Source: Bacteroidota bacterium (lineage in GTDB: Bacteria; Bacteroidota; Bacteroidia; Bacteroidales; Paludibacteraceae). Taken from it: a stretch of DNA of 64,000 bases. The stretch covers positions 19,061 to 83,060 of the forward strand of contig JAJYBB010000014.1 of NCBI GenBank assembly GCA_021779195.1. The letters run 5' to 3'. This document shows, in pieces, positions 10,607-22,177 of this stretch. The stretch's first letter is position 1. Every line of letters starts with the position of its first letter. Under the pieces are notes generated by a model that did not search any database, had not been told where the DNA came from, and was given only the letters and a program-made list of their open reading frames with translations. The position numbers were made by a program, and so were the translations under genes.

Positions 10607-11380
10607 TTAAATCAAATCCCATCCTGCGATCGACTCTATCGCTTCATAAGCTGTAAGATCAATTTTGGTGGGGACAATTGATATAAATCCCTGATTTAAT
10701 GCCCATTCGTCAGTATCTTGAGCTTCCGGTTCATGATTCTCAAAATATCCGGTAAGCCAGAAATAAGCTCTTCCATGCGGGTCGGTGCGTTTTGCAAATT
10801 CTTTGGTCCATCGTCCTTTACATTGCCGAACTACTTTTATTCCCTTAATTTCTCCCACCGGAGCATTTACATTCAGGCAGACTTCTGGGGCAAGCCCTGA
10901 ATCTATTGTAGTTTGTGCGATTCGGAAAAGAAATGGTTGGAAAAAATTGAAATCAGCTTCAAGCGAATGATCATTAATTGAAAATCCGATAGATGGAATT
11001 CCATTCTCACATCCTTCGAGAACTGCCCCCATTGTCCCTGAATAAATTACATTAATAGCCGAATTTGAACCATGATTAATCCCTGCAACTACCAAGTCAG
11101 GTTTTCGGTCGACAATCTCATTCATGGCCAGTTTTACACAGTCAGTAGGTGTACCGGTACAAGAAAATCGGATTAGTCCTTCAGTTTCTTCGATTTTTTT
11201 AAAGCGAATTGGATGCATTACTGTCAAGGCGTTTGATTGACCTGAACGTGCACTATCTGGAGCAACTACAATAACATCACCTAATTTGAGCATTTCTGTT
11301 GTAAGTACTCCGATCCCCTTGGCATCAATTCCATCATCATTGGTTATGAGAATTAACGGTCGATTTTTTTTTACATCCAT
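10607..11380 (-). CDS. surE: 5'/3'-nucleotidase SurE
   Basis: 257 aa with the ILITNDDGIDAKGI N-terminal motif, GINHGSN and YSGTMGA. Confidence 0.92.
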   Translation of the reverse strand: MDVKKNRPLILITNDDGIDAKGIGVLTTEMLKLGDVIVVAPDSARSGQSNALTVMHPIRFKKIEETEGLIRFSCTGTPTDCVKLAMNEIVDRKPDLVVAGINHGSNSAINVIYSGTMGAVLEGCENGIPSIGFSINDHSLEADFNFFQPFLFRIAQTTIDSGLAPEVCLNVNAPVGEIKGIKVVRQCKGRWTKEFAKRTDPHGRAYFWLTGYFENHEPEAQDTDEWALNQGFISIVPTKIDLTAYEAIESIAGWDLI

Positions 11381-11440
11381 AAACGAAAATAATTATATTT
11401 GAAAAAAATAAAACTTTGTGCGGGTTATTCTTCATCACAT

Positions 11441-12163
11441 TCACTTTCGAATGCGCCAAATGGTAGCACTCAGAAATGTACCTGAAATAAGTACGAAATA
11501 CGCAATGTCGCGTGAATCAATTACTCCTCGGCTCATAGATTTATAATGCACATGAATACCTAATAGCTCGAAAAAATGAATCGATTGTGCGTTATGTGAA
11601 AAGCTGGCAATCACTTCAAATCCATAATAGAAGAAAAAACTGATTAAGACAGCTAATATAAATGAAACAATCTGATTTTTTGAAAGTGATGATGCGAAAA
11701 TTCCAATAGCCACATAGACAGCAGTCAGGAAAAAAAGTCCGATAAATGAACCCCAAAACGCTCCAGAGTCCACATTTCCCTGTGGTTCTGCTATGTACGA
11801 AACAGAAAAGTAATATATCAGGGTAGGAATTAATGCAATAGAAACCAACAACCAGCCGGCAATATATTTACCAAAAACTATGGAAAACTTACTAATGGGT
11901 TTTGTAGCTAATAATTCCCAAGTTCCGTTTTGCTTTTCTTCAGCAAAAAGTCGCATTGTTACTGCCGGACATAGGAACAAAAACAGCCAGGGTGCTAGAT
12001 AAAAAAGTCCATCAACATTCGCATATCCTGCATCTAAAATATTGTATTCTCCCGGAATAATCCAGAGGAGCGCACTTAAAAAAAATAGAAAAATAAACAC
12101 TACGATATAACCTGTAGCTGTACTAAAAAAATACCGAAGTTCTTTTTTTAAAATTGCGAGCAT
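11441..12163 (-). CDS. ABC-2 type transporter permease, GldF-like
   Basis: 240 aa, 6 TM, N-terminus MLAILKKELRYFFSTATGYIV as in gliding-motility ABC permease GldF. No ATPase or GldG partner is adjacent. Confidence 0.7.
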   Translation of the reverse strand: MLAILKKELRYFFSTATGYIVVFIFLFFLSALLWIIPGEYNILDAGYANVDGLFYLAPWLFLFLCPAVTMRLFAEEKQNGTWELLATKPISKFSIVFGKYIAGWLLVSIALIPTLIYYFSVSYIAEPQGNVDSGAFWGSFIGLFFLTAVYVAIGIFASSLSKNQIVSFILAVLISFFFYYGFEVIASFSHNAQSIHFFELLGIHVHYKSMSRGVIDSRDIAYFVLISGTFLSATIWRIRK

Positions 12164-12194
12164 GATGTTACGTTAATGTATTTAAAATATTTAT

Positions 12195-12202
12195 TACATT
12201 TG
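12195..12202 (+). promoter_or_regulatory. candidate -7 element (TACATTTG)
   Basis: Exact TAnnTTTG match ending 2 nt before the ORF-track ATG at 12205, so that ATG is unlikely to be used. Confidence 0.5.
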
Positions 12203-12249
12203 CGATGTCAAAGGTAATTAAAATTCATTGGATGAAAGTCGAATTCAGT

Positions 12250-13479
12250 ATGAAATTCAAATACATCATATTATTTTTATTTATTTTCAATTTCGTTTGT
12301 TTTGGTCAAAAATTTGAAAATCAAATATTCAAAGTAGAATTTTTGTATGGCGATATTTTAAAACATACGCCTCGTGTAGTTCCATTAATTCAAGGACCGG
12401 TAATAGGGGGGGAGGTAGCTGTTGAATTTCAAACAATGGGTGAACGCGCTTGGCATCAATACCTTAATTATCCGGTCGTCGGATTGGGTGCTACATGGTT
12501 TAATCTGGGGAACCCAGTCATGCTTGGCCAAGCATTTGCATTCTATCCGTATATTAATTTCCCGCTTTTGAAAAGTAAAGTTTTGAAATTCAGCATTAAA
12601 GCTGGTGCTGGTTTGAGTTTTGTAACAAAAAACTATTATAATACTAATACCGATTCGCTTGGCAACTTGTTACCGGGTTTGAATGGAACCAATGCCGCCA
12701 TTGGATCGGTTGTGAATGTTTATTTGACAGGAGGAGCAAATTTTACGTTTTCTCTTGGTCATGGCTTTAGTTTAGCAGCTGAATATAATTGGAATCATAT
12801 TTCGAACGGAAATATAGCAACTCCAAATGCTGGGCTTAACTTTTTGAATTCAATGATCGGAATTCGATATTGTCCGAATGAAAATAAGCAATTTGAAAGA
12901 AAACATAAGCTTTTTGCCGATTTGCCTCGCAAATTTTCAACTGAACTGACTTTTTATGGAGGAATGAGATCGCTATATTATTTAGATCATCAATTGTTTC
13001 CTGTCGGTGCCGTTGCTTTTAGCCTTTCACGCCCATTAGTTAATTTTTATCAAATGGGATTAGGGATTGATGCATTTTATGATGGTGTGTACGGTGCAGT
13101 TTATATTTCCCGGAAAAATCCGTTGAATACTACTCAATATGGATTTACCTATATAACTGAAGATCAGCTAATAAATAAAATTAGGATAGGTGTTTCTTGG
13201 CAACATGAAATAATTTTAGGAAAATTAACTGCTGGTTTTCATGTTGGGTTATATCTTTTTAATCCGATTAAAAATCTTGAACCTTTTGATCAGGCTTCAA
13301 CAAAACAATTAAATAAACCACTGATTTATCCCTATAATATTGAAAAAGAGTCAGGATGGTTTTATTCTCAGGCAATTTTAAAATATAGCATTTCAAGACA
13401 TTTTCTGGTTTCTGTAGGATTAAAAACTCATTTACAAAAGGCAGAATTTATCGAGTGGGGCTTGGGATATAAATTCTGA
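12250..13479 (+). CDS. acyloxyacyl hydrolase / PagL-like outer-membrane lipid A deacylase family protein
   Basis: Beta-barrel-like alternating pattern with the NWNHISNGN motif (H-x-S-N of PagL-type deacylases). Start set at the ATG at 12250, giving the signal peptide MKFKYIILFLFIFNFVCFGQ. Confidence 0.65.
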   Translation: MKFKYIILFLFIFNFVCFGQKFENQIFKVEFLYGDILKHTPRVVPLIQGPVIGGEVAVEFQTMGERAWHQYLNYPVVGLGATWFNLGNPVMLGQAFAFYPYINFPLLKSKVLKFSIKAGAGLSFVTKNYYNTNTDSLGNLLPGLNGTNAAIGSVVNVYLTGGANFTFSLGHGFSLAAEYNWNHISNGNIATPNAGLNFLNSMIGIRYCPNENKQFERKHKLFADLPRKFSTELTFYGGMRSLYYLDHQLFPVGAVAFSLSRPLVNFYQMGLGIDAFYDGVYGAVYISRKNPLNTTQYGFTYITEDQLINKIRIGVSWQHEIILGKLTAGFHVGLYLFNPIKNLEPFDQASTKQLNKPLIYPYNIEKESGWFYSQAILKYSISRHFLVSVGLKTHLQKAEFIEWGLGYKF

Positions 13480-13629
13480 AAACGATTATAAGTTTTTATT
13501 TCGAATTTTGAACAATTGTTGTGTTAACCAAGTTATTACATGTAATATTTTATTTGAATCATTTAAATCTGAATTTTCAAAATAACAGAGCACTATCAGT
13601 ATTTATTGTTAAACTTATTTTCGATTACT

Positions 13630-14571
13630 ATGTGGAAAGATTTTTTCTATTTTACCAAAGGACAACGAATCGGAATAATCATTCTGGTGGCACTTATTAC
13701 TATTGCGTTGATTGTAAACTTTGTACTACCTTTAATTTTTCAAAAACCTGAATTAACGAATCCTGATTTTATTGTCGAAGTTCATCAATTCGAACAAAGT
13801 CTGCATTCTCGCGACAGCATTCGACAAGCTTTGTGGCAAAAGCAATATCAAGAACGACAATTGGCTTATGAAGAAAAATATAAAAGCTTGTATAAAAATT
13901 ATCAGATCAACTATAAACCCGAACCAGTAGTTCTATTTACTTTTGATCCGAATACACTCGATTCATCGGGTTTTGTTAAGTTGGGTCTAAAATCATTTAT
14001 TGCATCTAATATTTTGAAGTACAGGAATAAAGGTGGTCGATTTAAGACGTTGGATGATTTTGCTAAAATATATGGTATTTCAGTTCAGAAAGTGAAAGAA
14101 TTAACGCCATTTATAAAAATTGAAACTCAACCTGTAGAAATTAAAAATAAAATTCCATTAAAACGTACCGATATTATTGTCGATTTAAATTCGGCTGATA
14201 CAACTTTGCTTATGCAGGTAAAAGGCATAGGACGTGGATATGCAAAGGGAATAGTGCGTTTTAGAAATGCCGCTGGAGGTTTTGTTTCAGTGGATCAATT
14301 AGCCGATATTTATGGGATGCGGCCCGAAAATTTAGAGAAAATTCGTCCATTTTGCACAGTAAATCAAATTTATATTCGTCAGATAAAAGTAAATTCGGCA
14401 AGCGTTGAAAAACTCGCAGCGCACCCGTACATTAATTTTTATCAAGCCAAAGCTCTTTACGAGTTACGACGCCGGAAAGGGAAACTAACATCTTTCGATG
14501 AACTGAAAACTTTATCCGTGTTTGCTTCTAACGATTTACTGCGAATTAAACCCTATTTAAGTTTCGAATAA
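13630..14571 (+). CDS. ComEA-like helix-hairpin-helix DNA-binding protein
   Basis: N-terminal TM anchor and two HhH-type segments (LNSADTTLLMQVKGIGRGYAKGIVRFR; VNSASVEKLAAHPYINFYQAKALYELR). Start moved from the TTG at 13606 to the ATG at 13630. Confidence 0.75.
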   Translation: MWKDFFYFTKGQRIGIIILVALITIALIVNFVLPLIFQKPELTNPDFIVEVHQFEQSLHSRDSIRQALWQKQYQERQLAYEEKYKSLYKNYQINYKPEPVVLFTFDPNTLDSSGFVKLGLKSFIASNILKYRNKGGRFKTLDDFAKIYGISVQKVKELTPFIKIETQPVEIKNKIPLKRTDIIVDLNSADTTLLMQVKGIGRGYAKGIVRFRNAAGGFVSVDQLADIYGMRPENLEKIRPFCTVNQIYIRQIKVNSASVEKLAAHPYINFYQAKALYELRRRKGKLTSFDELKTLSVFASNDLLRIKPYLSFE

Positions 14572-14612
14572 TTATTCCACTTTCATCAATCATAGATTTT
14601 AAAGAAAATCAC

Positions 14613-14620
14613 TACATTTG
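14613..14620 (+). promoter_or_regulatory. candidate -7 element (TACATTTG) for adenine deaminase
   Basis: Exact TAnnTTTG match 34 nt upstream of the TTG start at 14654. Confidence 0.5.
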
Positions 14621-14653
14621 TCTAAATAAAACTGCACTAAATTTGAGATAATA

Positions 14654-16291
14654 TTGAAAAAAATTTCAGGACATATAGTAGATGTGGTCAATAAATCGAT
14701 CACCAAAGGGATCATTTTTATCGAAAATGGGAAAATCGTTTCCATACAACACAATGATGTGGTCGATAATCAATATATTACTCCGGGGTTGATCGATGCA
14801 CATATTCATATTGAAAGTTCGATGATGCTTCCTGCTGAATTTGCCCGCTACAGTTTGCCCCACGGAACTGTTGCCTGTGTGTGCGATCCCCATGAAATTG
14901 CCAATGTTTGTGGGGTTGACGGTGTGGATTATATGATTGAAAATAGCCTTAATTCTCCCATGAAGTTTTATTTCGGTGCTCCATCGTGTGTTCCTTCTAC
15001 ACATTTTGAAACTTCGGGAGCAATTCTTGATGCTGAAGCCATAGATCAATTATTGCAAAGGGATGATATTTATTTTTTAGCCGAAATGATGAATTATCCG
15101 GGCGTTATTCATCACAATAAACAAGTGCATTTGAAATTAGAGGCAGCTGCACGGCTTGATAAACCAATTGATGGACATGCTCCCGAACTTAAAGGCGAAG
15201 AACTTGAAAAATATGTAAAAGCAGGTATCAGTACCGATCACGAATGCATGACTTTTCGTGATGCTGAAGCTAAAATTGCAATGGGTATGAAAATATTAAT
15301 TCGGGAGGGAAGTGCAGCAAAGAATTTTGACGAATTATTGCCGCTTATCTCATTGTATCCTAATCAAATCATGTTTTGTTCGGATGACAAACATCCTGAT
15401 GATTTACTGAAGAACGGACATATAGATGCGTTGGTACGTCGGGCAGTTCAAAAAGGTTATGATCCGATTGATGTTCTTGTAATATGTTCATATACACCTA
15501 TTAAACATTATCATCTCAATGTCGGTTTACTCCAAATTGGCGATGTGGCAGATTTTATTCTTATTGATAATTTAGTCGACTTTAATATAAAAGCAACTTA
15601 TATCGAAGGTGTAAAAGTAGCTGAAAACGGCTTCCCGACTTTTCAACGATTTGAACCCAAGAACAACATCAATCAGTTTAAGGCTGAGAAATTGACAATC
15701 GAACACTTAAAACTTTCGAAAAAGGGCGACGAAATCAAAGTAATTGATGTTGAGAATGGACAACTTTATACAAGAGAAATACTTCATTTACCGAAAGTAG
15801 AAAACGGGAATGTGATTTCAGATATTGAAAACGATATATTGAAAATGGTGGTTTATAATCGTTACCAATTTTCGCTACCGGCAATTGGATTTATAAAAAA
15901 TATAGGATTAAAACGTGGTGCAATAGCATCGACTGTAGCGCACGACAGTCATAATATAGTTGCAGTAGGCACTTCCGATGAAGAAATTGTTTCAGCAATT
16001 AATCAAATCATTGATACTAAAGGCGGAATTTTAGCTTGCAATGGCGAATATTCGTCAATATTACCGTTGCCTATTGCAGGCTTAATGTCGGATGAAGCAG
16101 GAGGCAGCATCGCTAAACGGTATGAAGAAGTAGATGCTTTTGCTAAAGCATTAGGTTCAACCTTGAACGCCCCGTTTATGACATTGGCATTCATGTCTTT
16201 ATTGGTAATACCTGAATTAAAGTTGGGTGATAAGGGACTTTTCGACAGTCGAAGTTTTGAGTTTATCGATTTGTGGGATAAGATTTTATAA
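14654..16291 (+). CDS. ade: adenine deaminase
   Basis: 545 aa amidohydrolase with the motif GLIDAHIHIESSM, then EMMNYPGV and HDSHNIVAVG. It appears to use a TTG start; there is no in-frame ATG near the conserved N-terminus. Confidence 0.9.
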   Translation: MKKISGHIVDVVNKSITKGIIFIENGKIVSIQHNDVVDNQYITPGLIDAHIHIESSMMLPAEFARYSLPHGTVACVCDPHEIANVCGVDGVDYMIENSLNSPMKFYFGAPSCVPSTHFETSGAILDAEAIDQLLQRDDIYFLAEMMNYPGVIHHNKQVHLKLEAAARLDKPIDGHAPELKGEELEKYVKAGISTDHECMTFRDAEAKIAMGMKILIREGSAAKNFDELLPLISLYPNQIMFCSDDKHPDDLLKNGHIDALVRRAVQKGYDPIDVLVICSYTPIKHYHLNVGLLQIGDVADFILIDNLVDFNIKATYIEGVKVAENGFPTFQRFEPKNNINQFKAEKLTIEHLKLSKKGDEIKVIDVENGQLYTREILHLPKVENGNVISDIENDILKMVVYNRYQFSLPAIGFIKNIGLKRGAIASTVAHDSHNIVAVGTSDEEIVSAINQIIDTKGGILACNGEYSSILPLPIAGLMSDEAGGSIAKRYEEVDAFAKALGSTLNAPFMTLAFMSLLVIPELKLGDKGLFDSRSFEFIDLWDKIL

Positions 16292-16306
16292 AAATGAATC
16301 ATAAAA

Positions 16307-16338
16307 AAATCCCTTATAAAATGAATTACAAGGGATTT
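16307..16338. terminator. bidirectional terminator between convergent ade and gap
   Basis: AAATCCCTT / AAGGGATTT 9-bp stem flanked by an A-run on one side and a T-run on the other. Confidence 0.65.
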
Positions 16339-16362
16339 TAAATTAATATCAGAATAATCAGT

Positions 16363-17376
<1,014 letters not shown>

Positions 17377-17405
17377 TTAAAATTGAGTTTTTCTGAATCG
17401 TGGTG

Positions 17406-17413
17406 CAAAATTA
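17406..17413 (-). promoter_or_regulatory. candidate -7 element (TAATTTTG on the minus strand) for gap
   Basis: CAAAATTA on the plus strand, 41 nt upstream of the gap ATG. Confidence 0.5.
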
Positions 17414-17571
17414 ATCATTTTTACCCAAATGACAAAAATACCTTTGCGTTAATTTACAGCTTTTTTTGTTTTGCAATATGCAGATGTCAAATTGTAAGTT
17501 CATTATTGACTATCAATGATATTATATCAATTCATACTTCATATCGGAGAAGATAAAAACAAACAAAAAGA

Positions 17572-17613
17572 AACAAAAAGCAATCGTTTCTCAGTGATTA
17601 CTTTTTGTTTCGT
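17572..17613 (-). terminator. terminator of the DUF2892 gene
   Basis: GAAACAAAAAG / CTTTTTGTTTC 11-bp stem. On the minus strand it is followed by TTTTTGTTTGTTTTT. Confidence 0.55.
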
Positions 17614-17629
17614 AAACTTTTGAAAAATT

Positions 17630-17842
17630 CTATTTTTTTTCTTCCTTTTTGGTGGTTTTAATTCCGAAAAGCGTGTAAAGTGGGCAAAAACTGATTAAGC
17701 TAGTCAGAGTAAATACCAATGCTAAAATTAATGCTACTACGCCAAGAGCTCCGGTGAGCACTTCTTTGTAAAATAAAATAATCAATACAATGGCTAAAGC
17801 AAGCCGCACAACTTTGTCGGTCGAACCCATATTCTTTTTCAT
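17630..17842 (-). CDS. DUF2892 (YgaP-like TM domain) small membrane protein
   Basis: 70 aa with the pattern GSTDKVVRLALAIVLI...FCPLYTLFGI typical of DUF2892. Confidence 0.75.
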   Translation of the reverse strand: MKKNMGSTDKVVRLALAIVLIILFYKEVLTGALGVVALILALVFTLTSLISFCPLYTLFGIKTTKKEEKK

Positions 17843-18004
17843 GATGTAATTTTTTAATGATTGAATACCAATATGTCATTGATTATAACAATCCTGTTTG
17901 TGATTAGTTCAAAACACTTATTTTTTTTGAAGTTCATCCGTATTCGGTAACTGAAATGCAATTGACATAACTTAAACCCATCACGGTTTTATTTCTGTTA
18001 AAGC

Positions 18005-18041
18005 AAATGCCAGATTCAATTCATTATTGAATCTGGCATTT
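18005..18041 (-). terminator. strong hairpin downstream of the efflux operon
   Basis: Perfect 16-bp inverted repeat AAATGCCAGATTCAAT / ATTGAATCTGGCATTT with a 5-nt loop, 24 nt past the TolC stop. The T-run is weak. Confidence 0.5.
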
Positions 18042-18064
18042 ACAAGAATTATGCTGTGATCAGG

Positions 18065-19378
18065 TTATTCGTAAATTCGTTGTCCTAAAGCAATCTTGAG
18101 TTTTAATAAACTTACCGAATAATCAATTTTGGTTTTGTAAAGGGCAAGTTTACTTTCTGAAAGTGCCGTGAAACTATCCAGTAAATCTAAATTTGTTATT
18201 ACGCCGGCTTTGTAATTTATATCGGCAAGGTTGTAGGCTTGAGTTGCTTGTTTTAATTGTAATTCTGATTGAATTACCTTTTTTAAAGATGCTTCGGCAG
18301 TGGCACGACTTTCGACCACTTCATTGGTAATGCTTCGTCGAGCTAATTCAGTATCTTGCTGATTACTTTCCAAATCAGCTTTTGCCTGTATTTTGGCATA
18401 TTTATTTCTGTTGGCATCGAAAATTGGAACATTCAAACCTACACCAACTGCATAATTCATTTTCCCTGTATCTCCAAAATTATTATTGAAATATCCATTT
18501 TTAAATCCACCAGAAGCAATAAAGTTAAGCGATGGATTGTTTTGAACTTTTATCACTTCTAATTTTGATTTCGCGAGCTGTTCTTTTTGAAGGGCTAATT
18601 TCATTTCATCCCGATTGGTGAATGCGACCTGACATAAAGAGTCAACAGAAGGTAGAATTTGTTTTTCAAGCAACTCTTTTTTCAGTAAAAGCGGTTTGTC
18701 TTCGGGATTACCTAAAAACCCATTCAATTGGCTGATTTGAATTTGAAAAGCAGTTTCCAAATCTATTTTTTGGTTTTCAATACTTGATATACGCACTTTG
18801 GTGGTAATAATATCATATTGAATTGCCGAACCAGTAGCTGCTTTTTTCTGAACAAATTGTAAATGTTCGTTCAAGGTTTTCAATTGATCATTTTTAATCT
18901 GAATCGCTTCTTCTAAGAAGTTTATCGTGTAAAAATTGGCAACTACAGCCATTGAAAGTTGTTGCTTAAGCTGATCGACGCTCAATTCAACCAATTTTTT
19001 AGAGGATTGGTCAAGTGCCAGATTTTTAATTGTCTTTCCGAAATCGTAAATACTCTGGTTTACAGACACGGATGCATTATACATGTCTGGTGGATACAAT
19101 TGTAATTCTTTTCCACCAAATGGAATTGTTGTTACCGGCCCAATCCGGTTATAGGATGCCGAGAAATTTACATTCGGAAGATAAGCTGTTTTTGTTAGAC
19201 CAATTTTTGCATCGGCCATTACCAATTGTTTGTCAGCTTTTTTTAGCGCAGGATAGTTTTGCATTACCGATGAAAGAATTTTCGTTAATGATAACGAATC
19301 GGTATTTGCTGGTTGACTCCATGCAGTAATCGATGAAAGTGTCAGCAAAATTAATGACCACGTTTTTATATGTTTCAT
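18065..19378 (-). CDS. TolC family outer-membrane efflux protein
   Basis: 437 aa with a signal peptide and duplicated coiled-coil/OEP repeats (YLPNVNFSASY..., PSLNFIASGGF...). Confidence 0.88.
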   Translation of the reverse strand: MKHIKTWSLILLTLSSITAWSQPANTDSLSLTKILSSVMQNYPALKKADKQLVMADAKIGLTKTAYLPNVNFSASYNRIGPVTTIPFGGKELQLYPPDMYNASVSVNQSIYDFGKTIKNLALDQSSKKLVELSVDQLKQQLSMAVVANFYTINFLEEAIQIKNDQLKTLNEHLQFVQKKAATGSAIQYDIITTKVRISSIENQKIDLETAFQIQISQLNGFLGNPEDKPLLLKKELLEKQILPSVDSLCQVAFTNRDEMKLALQKEQLAKSKLEVIKVQNNPSLNFIASGGFKNGYFNNNFGDTGKMNYAVGVGLNVPIFDANRNKYAKIQAKADLESNQQDTELARRSITNEVVESRATAEASLKKVIQSELQLKQATQAYNLADINYKAGVITNLDLLDSFTALSESKLALYKTKIDYSVSLLKLKIALGQRIYE

Positions 19379-19393
19379 TTTTTGATAATAATT

Positions 19394-21007
19394 TTAGATT
19401 GAACTTCTTTTTAACATTTTATTTTTAGAATGCATCAAGAATATAGGGATGAAACTGATGGCTGTAAGGCCTGCAGCGATAAGAAAATCATCATTGATTC
19501 CCTGAATGAACGATTGAATGCCAACATGTTGCATTAACACACCCTGACTTTGTTTTAAAGCAGTTGCATATGAACTACCGGCGTTGTGTTGAATATAACT
19601 TGTCAGATTATGAATGGTGTTTTGGAATACCTGTGAATTTGCTTGAATGGAACCTCCAAAAATTTGTGAGTGAAAATTGATACGTGCAGTCAGTACTGTT
19701 GAAAGTAATGCTACTCCCAAACTTCCTCCAATTTGCCGTATTGTATTTGTAATTCCTGATGCCTGAGCCATTTTATCTCGTGGTATACTTGCCAAAGACA
19801 ATGAACTCAGGGGAGTAAAAATCATTCCCATTCCGAATCCGCGCAGATAAAGCGATGTCATTACAAATGAATGTTCGGTCATAAAAGATAAATTCGAATT
19901 GAGAACAAAACTGAGCACCAATAAGCTTATTCCCAGATATAATGGTGATTTGGCTTCAATTTTATCAGAATAGAGTCCAACCAATGGTGAAATCAATCCC
20001 TGAATAATCCCGACTGGAAGAAATACTGATCCTGATTGTAATGCCGTATAATCCAAAGAATTCTGAAGATATAAAGGCAGCAAAAAGGTGCTTCCGAACA
20101 TACCCATTCCAAATACCAGCATAATAACATTGGCCATGCCGAAATTATGATTCTTTAGCAAGCGTAAATCGAGTAAAGGATCTTCGGTGGTCAGTTCCTG
20201 GGTAACAAAAACGACTAATCCAATTGCTGAAATGGCAAAACAGAGTAATATATACGGTGCAGTCCACCCTGCTGAGTTGGTAGCGGCATTGCCTTCTGAT
20301 AACGCATATAGCAATACGGGTAAAAATATGATGACCGAAATAAAGCCTACATAATCAAACTTTTTGACATTTGGATGAACAAATTCACGCTGTATAATGA
20401 TTGTAAGAACCAATGCAATAATGCCTACAGGCACATTTACGTCAAATATTAGTGGCCAGCTGAAATTGTCAACCAAGTACCCGCCGATCATTGGACCAAA
20501 TGATACTGATGCCGCCGATGCAATTGCCCAGAAACCCAAGGCCATTCCCCGTTGATGTGGCGGAAATTCACGTGTAATAATAGCCATACCAAGGGGTTGT
20601 ACCATTCCTGCTCCCAATCCTTGAATGATGCGTGATGAAATTAGCGTCGTTTCATTGCTGGACATACCGCAAAGCAAGGAACCAAATGTAAATAAAAATA
20701 GTCCCCAAAAATAGATTTTCTTGTAACCAAATTTATCAGCAAGCCAACCAGAAGTTGGTAGCATGGCTGCCATAGCAAGCATATAAGCGGTAATAACCCA
20801 CTGAATGGTCGATAACCCAACACCGAACGATGACATGATTTTAGGCAAACTAACGTTTACAATCGTACCATCGAGCACAGCCATAAATGTTCCCAGCATT
20901 ACGTTTCCCAATACAAACCATTTGTAGTATTGACTCTTAGGATGATAAATAGAGTTTGGAGTCCGTAATTTTCTTCGAATTTTATGCGCTTTTGAAATCT
21001 TTCTCAT
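19394..21007 (-). CDS. MFS transporter, DHA2/EmrB family (14 TM)
   Basis: 537 aa with LDGTIVNVSLPKI and GWLADKFGYKK, typical of EmrB/QacA-type drug exporters. Confidence 0.9.
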   Translation of the reverse strand: MRKISKAHKIRRKLRTPNSIYHPKSQYYKWFVLGNVMLGTFMAVLDGTIVNVSLPKIMSSFGVGLSTIQWVITAYMLAMAAMLPTSGWLADKFGYKKIYFWGLFLFTFGSLLCGMSSNETTLISSRIIQGLGAGMVQPLGMAIITREFPPHQRGMALGFWAIASAASVSFGPMIGGYLVDNFSWPLIFDVNVPVGIIALVLTIIIQREFVHPNVKKFDYVGFISVIIFLPVLLYALSEGNAATNSAGWTAPYILLCFAISAIGLVVFVTQELTTEDPLLDLRLLKNHNFGMANVIMLVFGMGMFGSTFLLPLYLQNSLDYTALQSGSVFLPVGIIQGLISPLVGLYSDKIEAKSPLYLGISLLVLSFVLNSNLSFMTEHSFVMTSLYLRGFGMGMIFTPLSSLSLASIPRDKMAQASGITNTIRQIGGSLGVALLSTVLTARINFHSQIFGGSIQANSQVFQNTIHNLTSYIQHNAGSSYATALKQSQGVLMQHVGIQSFIQGINDDFLIAAGLTAISFIPIFLMHSKNKMLKRSSI

Positions 21008-21010
21008 GCC

Positions 21011-22009
21011 TTATTTTATGATTTTTACTACTGCTGACATGCCTGTCATTAAACGAAAACCACTTGGTTTTTCTCCTTTATCGGTACTGTCAATCGATAT
21101 TTTCACGGGTATTCGTTGTGTAACTTTTGTGAAGTTTCCGGACGCATTGCTCGGTGGTAATAATGAAAATTGCGAGGCGGTAGTTGATCCAAGTAAAAAT
21201 ATTTTTCCTTTAAATGTAACTCCGGGATAAGTGTCAAGTGAGAAAAGAGCTTCTTGTCCTACATGCAATTTCTCCATTTTTGTTTCTTCTAAATAAACCA
21301 AAACCCAGAATTTTAAATTATCATTGATGGTATAAATTGATTGTCCCAAATTTGCAATATCACCCGGGAGCAACCAACGTTTTGCAATTACACCACTCGA
21401 TGGCGCATATAATCGCGTATTTTGAAGTTGCGTGTTAATTGTATTTATTTGCGCTTGAGCTGAAACAATCGCTGTTTGAGCCGATTCGATCATGGTTTTG
21501 GACACTTTCAATTGAGCTTGGGCGGCATTAAATTGAGCTTTGGCTGTTTCCATCGCCTTTTTTAAATGATCATACTGTTCCTTTGTGATAACTTCTCCTG
21601 CAAATTGAGCTTTTGCACGGTTAAAATCTTCGTTAGCTCTTTCTAAGTTTATTTTTAAAACGTCATTATTCTTTACATCAAATTCATATTTGGCTTCTGT
21701 TTGCATTTTGCCAGCTTCAGCCTGTGCTTTTCCAGCAATGATTTGTTGTTTCTGAGCCAATATATCGGTACTATCCAATTCGGCTAGCAATTCACCCTGT
21801 TTAACAGTATCACCTTCGTCTGCATAAATTTTACTTACTCTGCCCATGATTTTGGGACTTACGGTTACAACATCCGAAGTTACATACGCATCGTCAGTTC
21901 TAATAAAACTATTGTAGTCTATAAACCAATAAATTCCACCGACAATAACAAGTGCAATTACCACCATTAGTGGGATGTAAATTTTCAAATCTTTTTTCTT
22001 CTTTGCCAT
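21011..22009 (-). CDS. HlyD/EmrA family membrane-fusion protein
   Basis: 332 aa with a TM anchor, a lipoyl-like hairpin (VKQGELLAELD), a long coiled coil and a beta-barrel. It ends 3 nt before the MFS start. Confidence 0.9.
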   Translation of the reverse strand: MAKKKKDLKIYIPLMVVIALVIVGGIYWFIDYNSFIRTDDAYVTSDVVTVSPKIMGRVSKIYADEGDTVKQGELLAELDSTDILAQKQQIIAGKAQAEAGKMQTEAKYEFDVKNNDVLKINLERANEDFNRAKAQFAGEVITKEQYDHLKKAMETAKAQFNAAQAQLKVSKTMIESAQTAIVSAQAQINTINTQLQNTRLYAPSSGVIAKRWLLPGDIANLGQSIYTINDNLKFWVLVYLEETKMEKLHVGQEALFSLDTYPGVTFKGKIFLLGSTTASQFSLLPPSNASGNFTKVTQRIPVKISIDSTDKGEKPSGFRLMTGMSAVVKIIK

Positions 22010-22177
22010 ACCTTTTTTGATTTATTTTTTTGATTAAAATAATATGTAATAATTAATTGGATAATAAGAACTTGGTTGTCAAATAATTTCGACGATTTTT
22101 GAAAACAGAACTTGTGGTCATTAAATTTATCGATCTATTTCGATGAAAGATAATACAATGTTTTAGAGTGGTTTTTT

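Noticed and set aside
13521-13751. 76-aa GTG-initiated ORF overlapping the ComEA-like gene start
   Set aside because: It is out of frame with the better-supported CDS, has a low-complexity translation and has no promoter motif.
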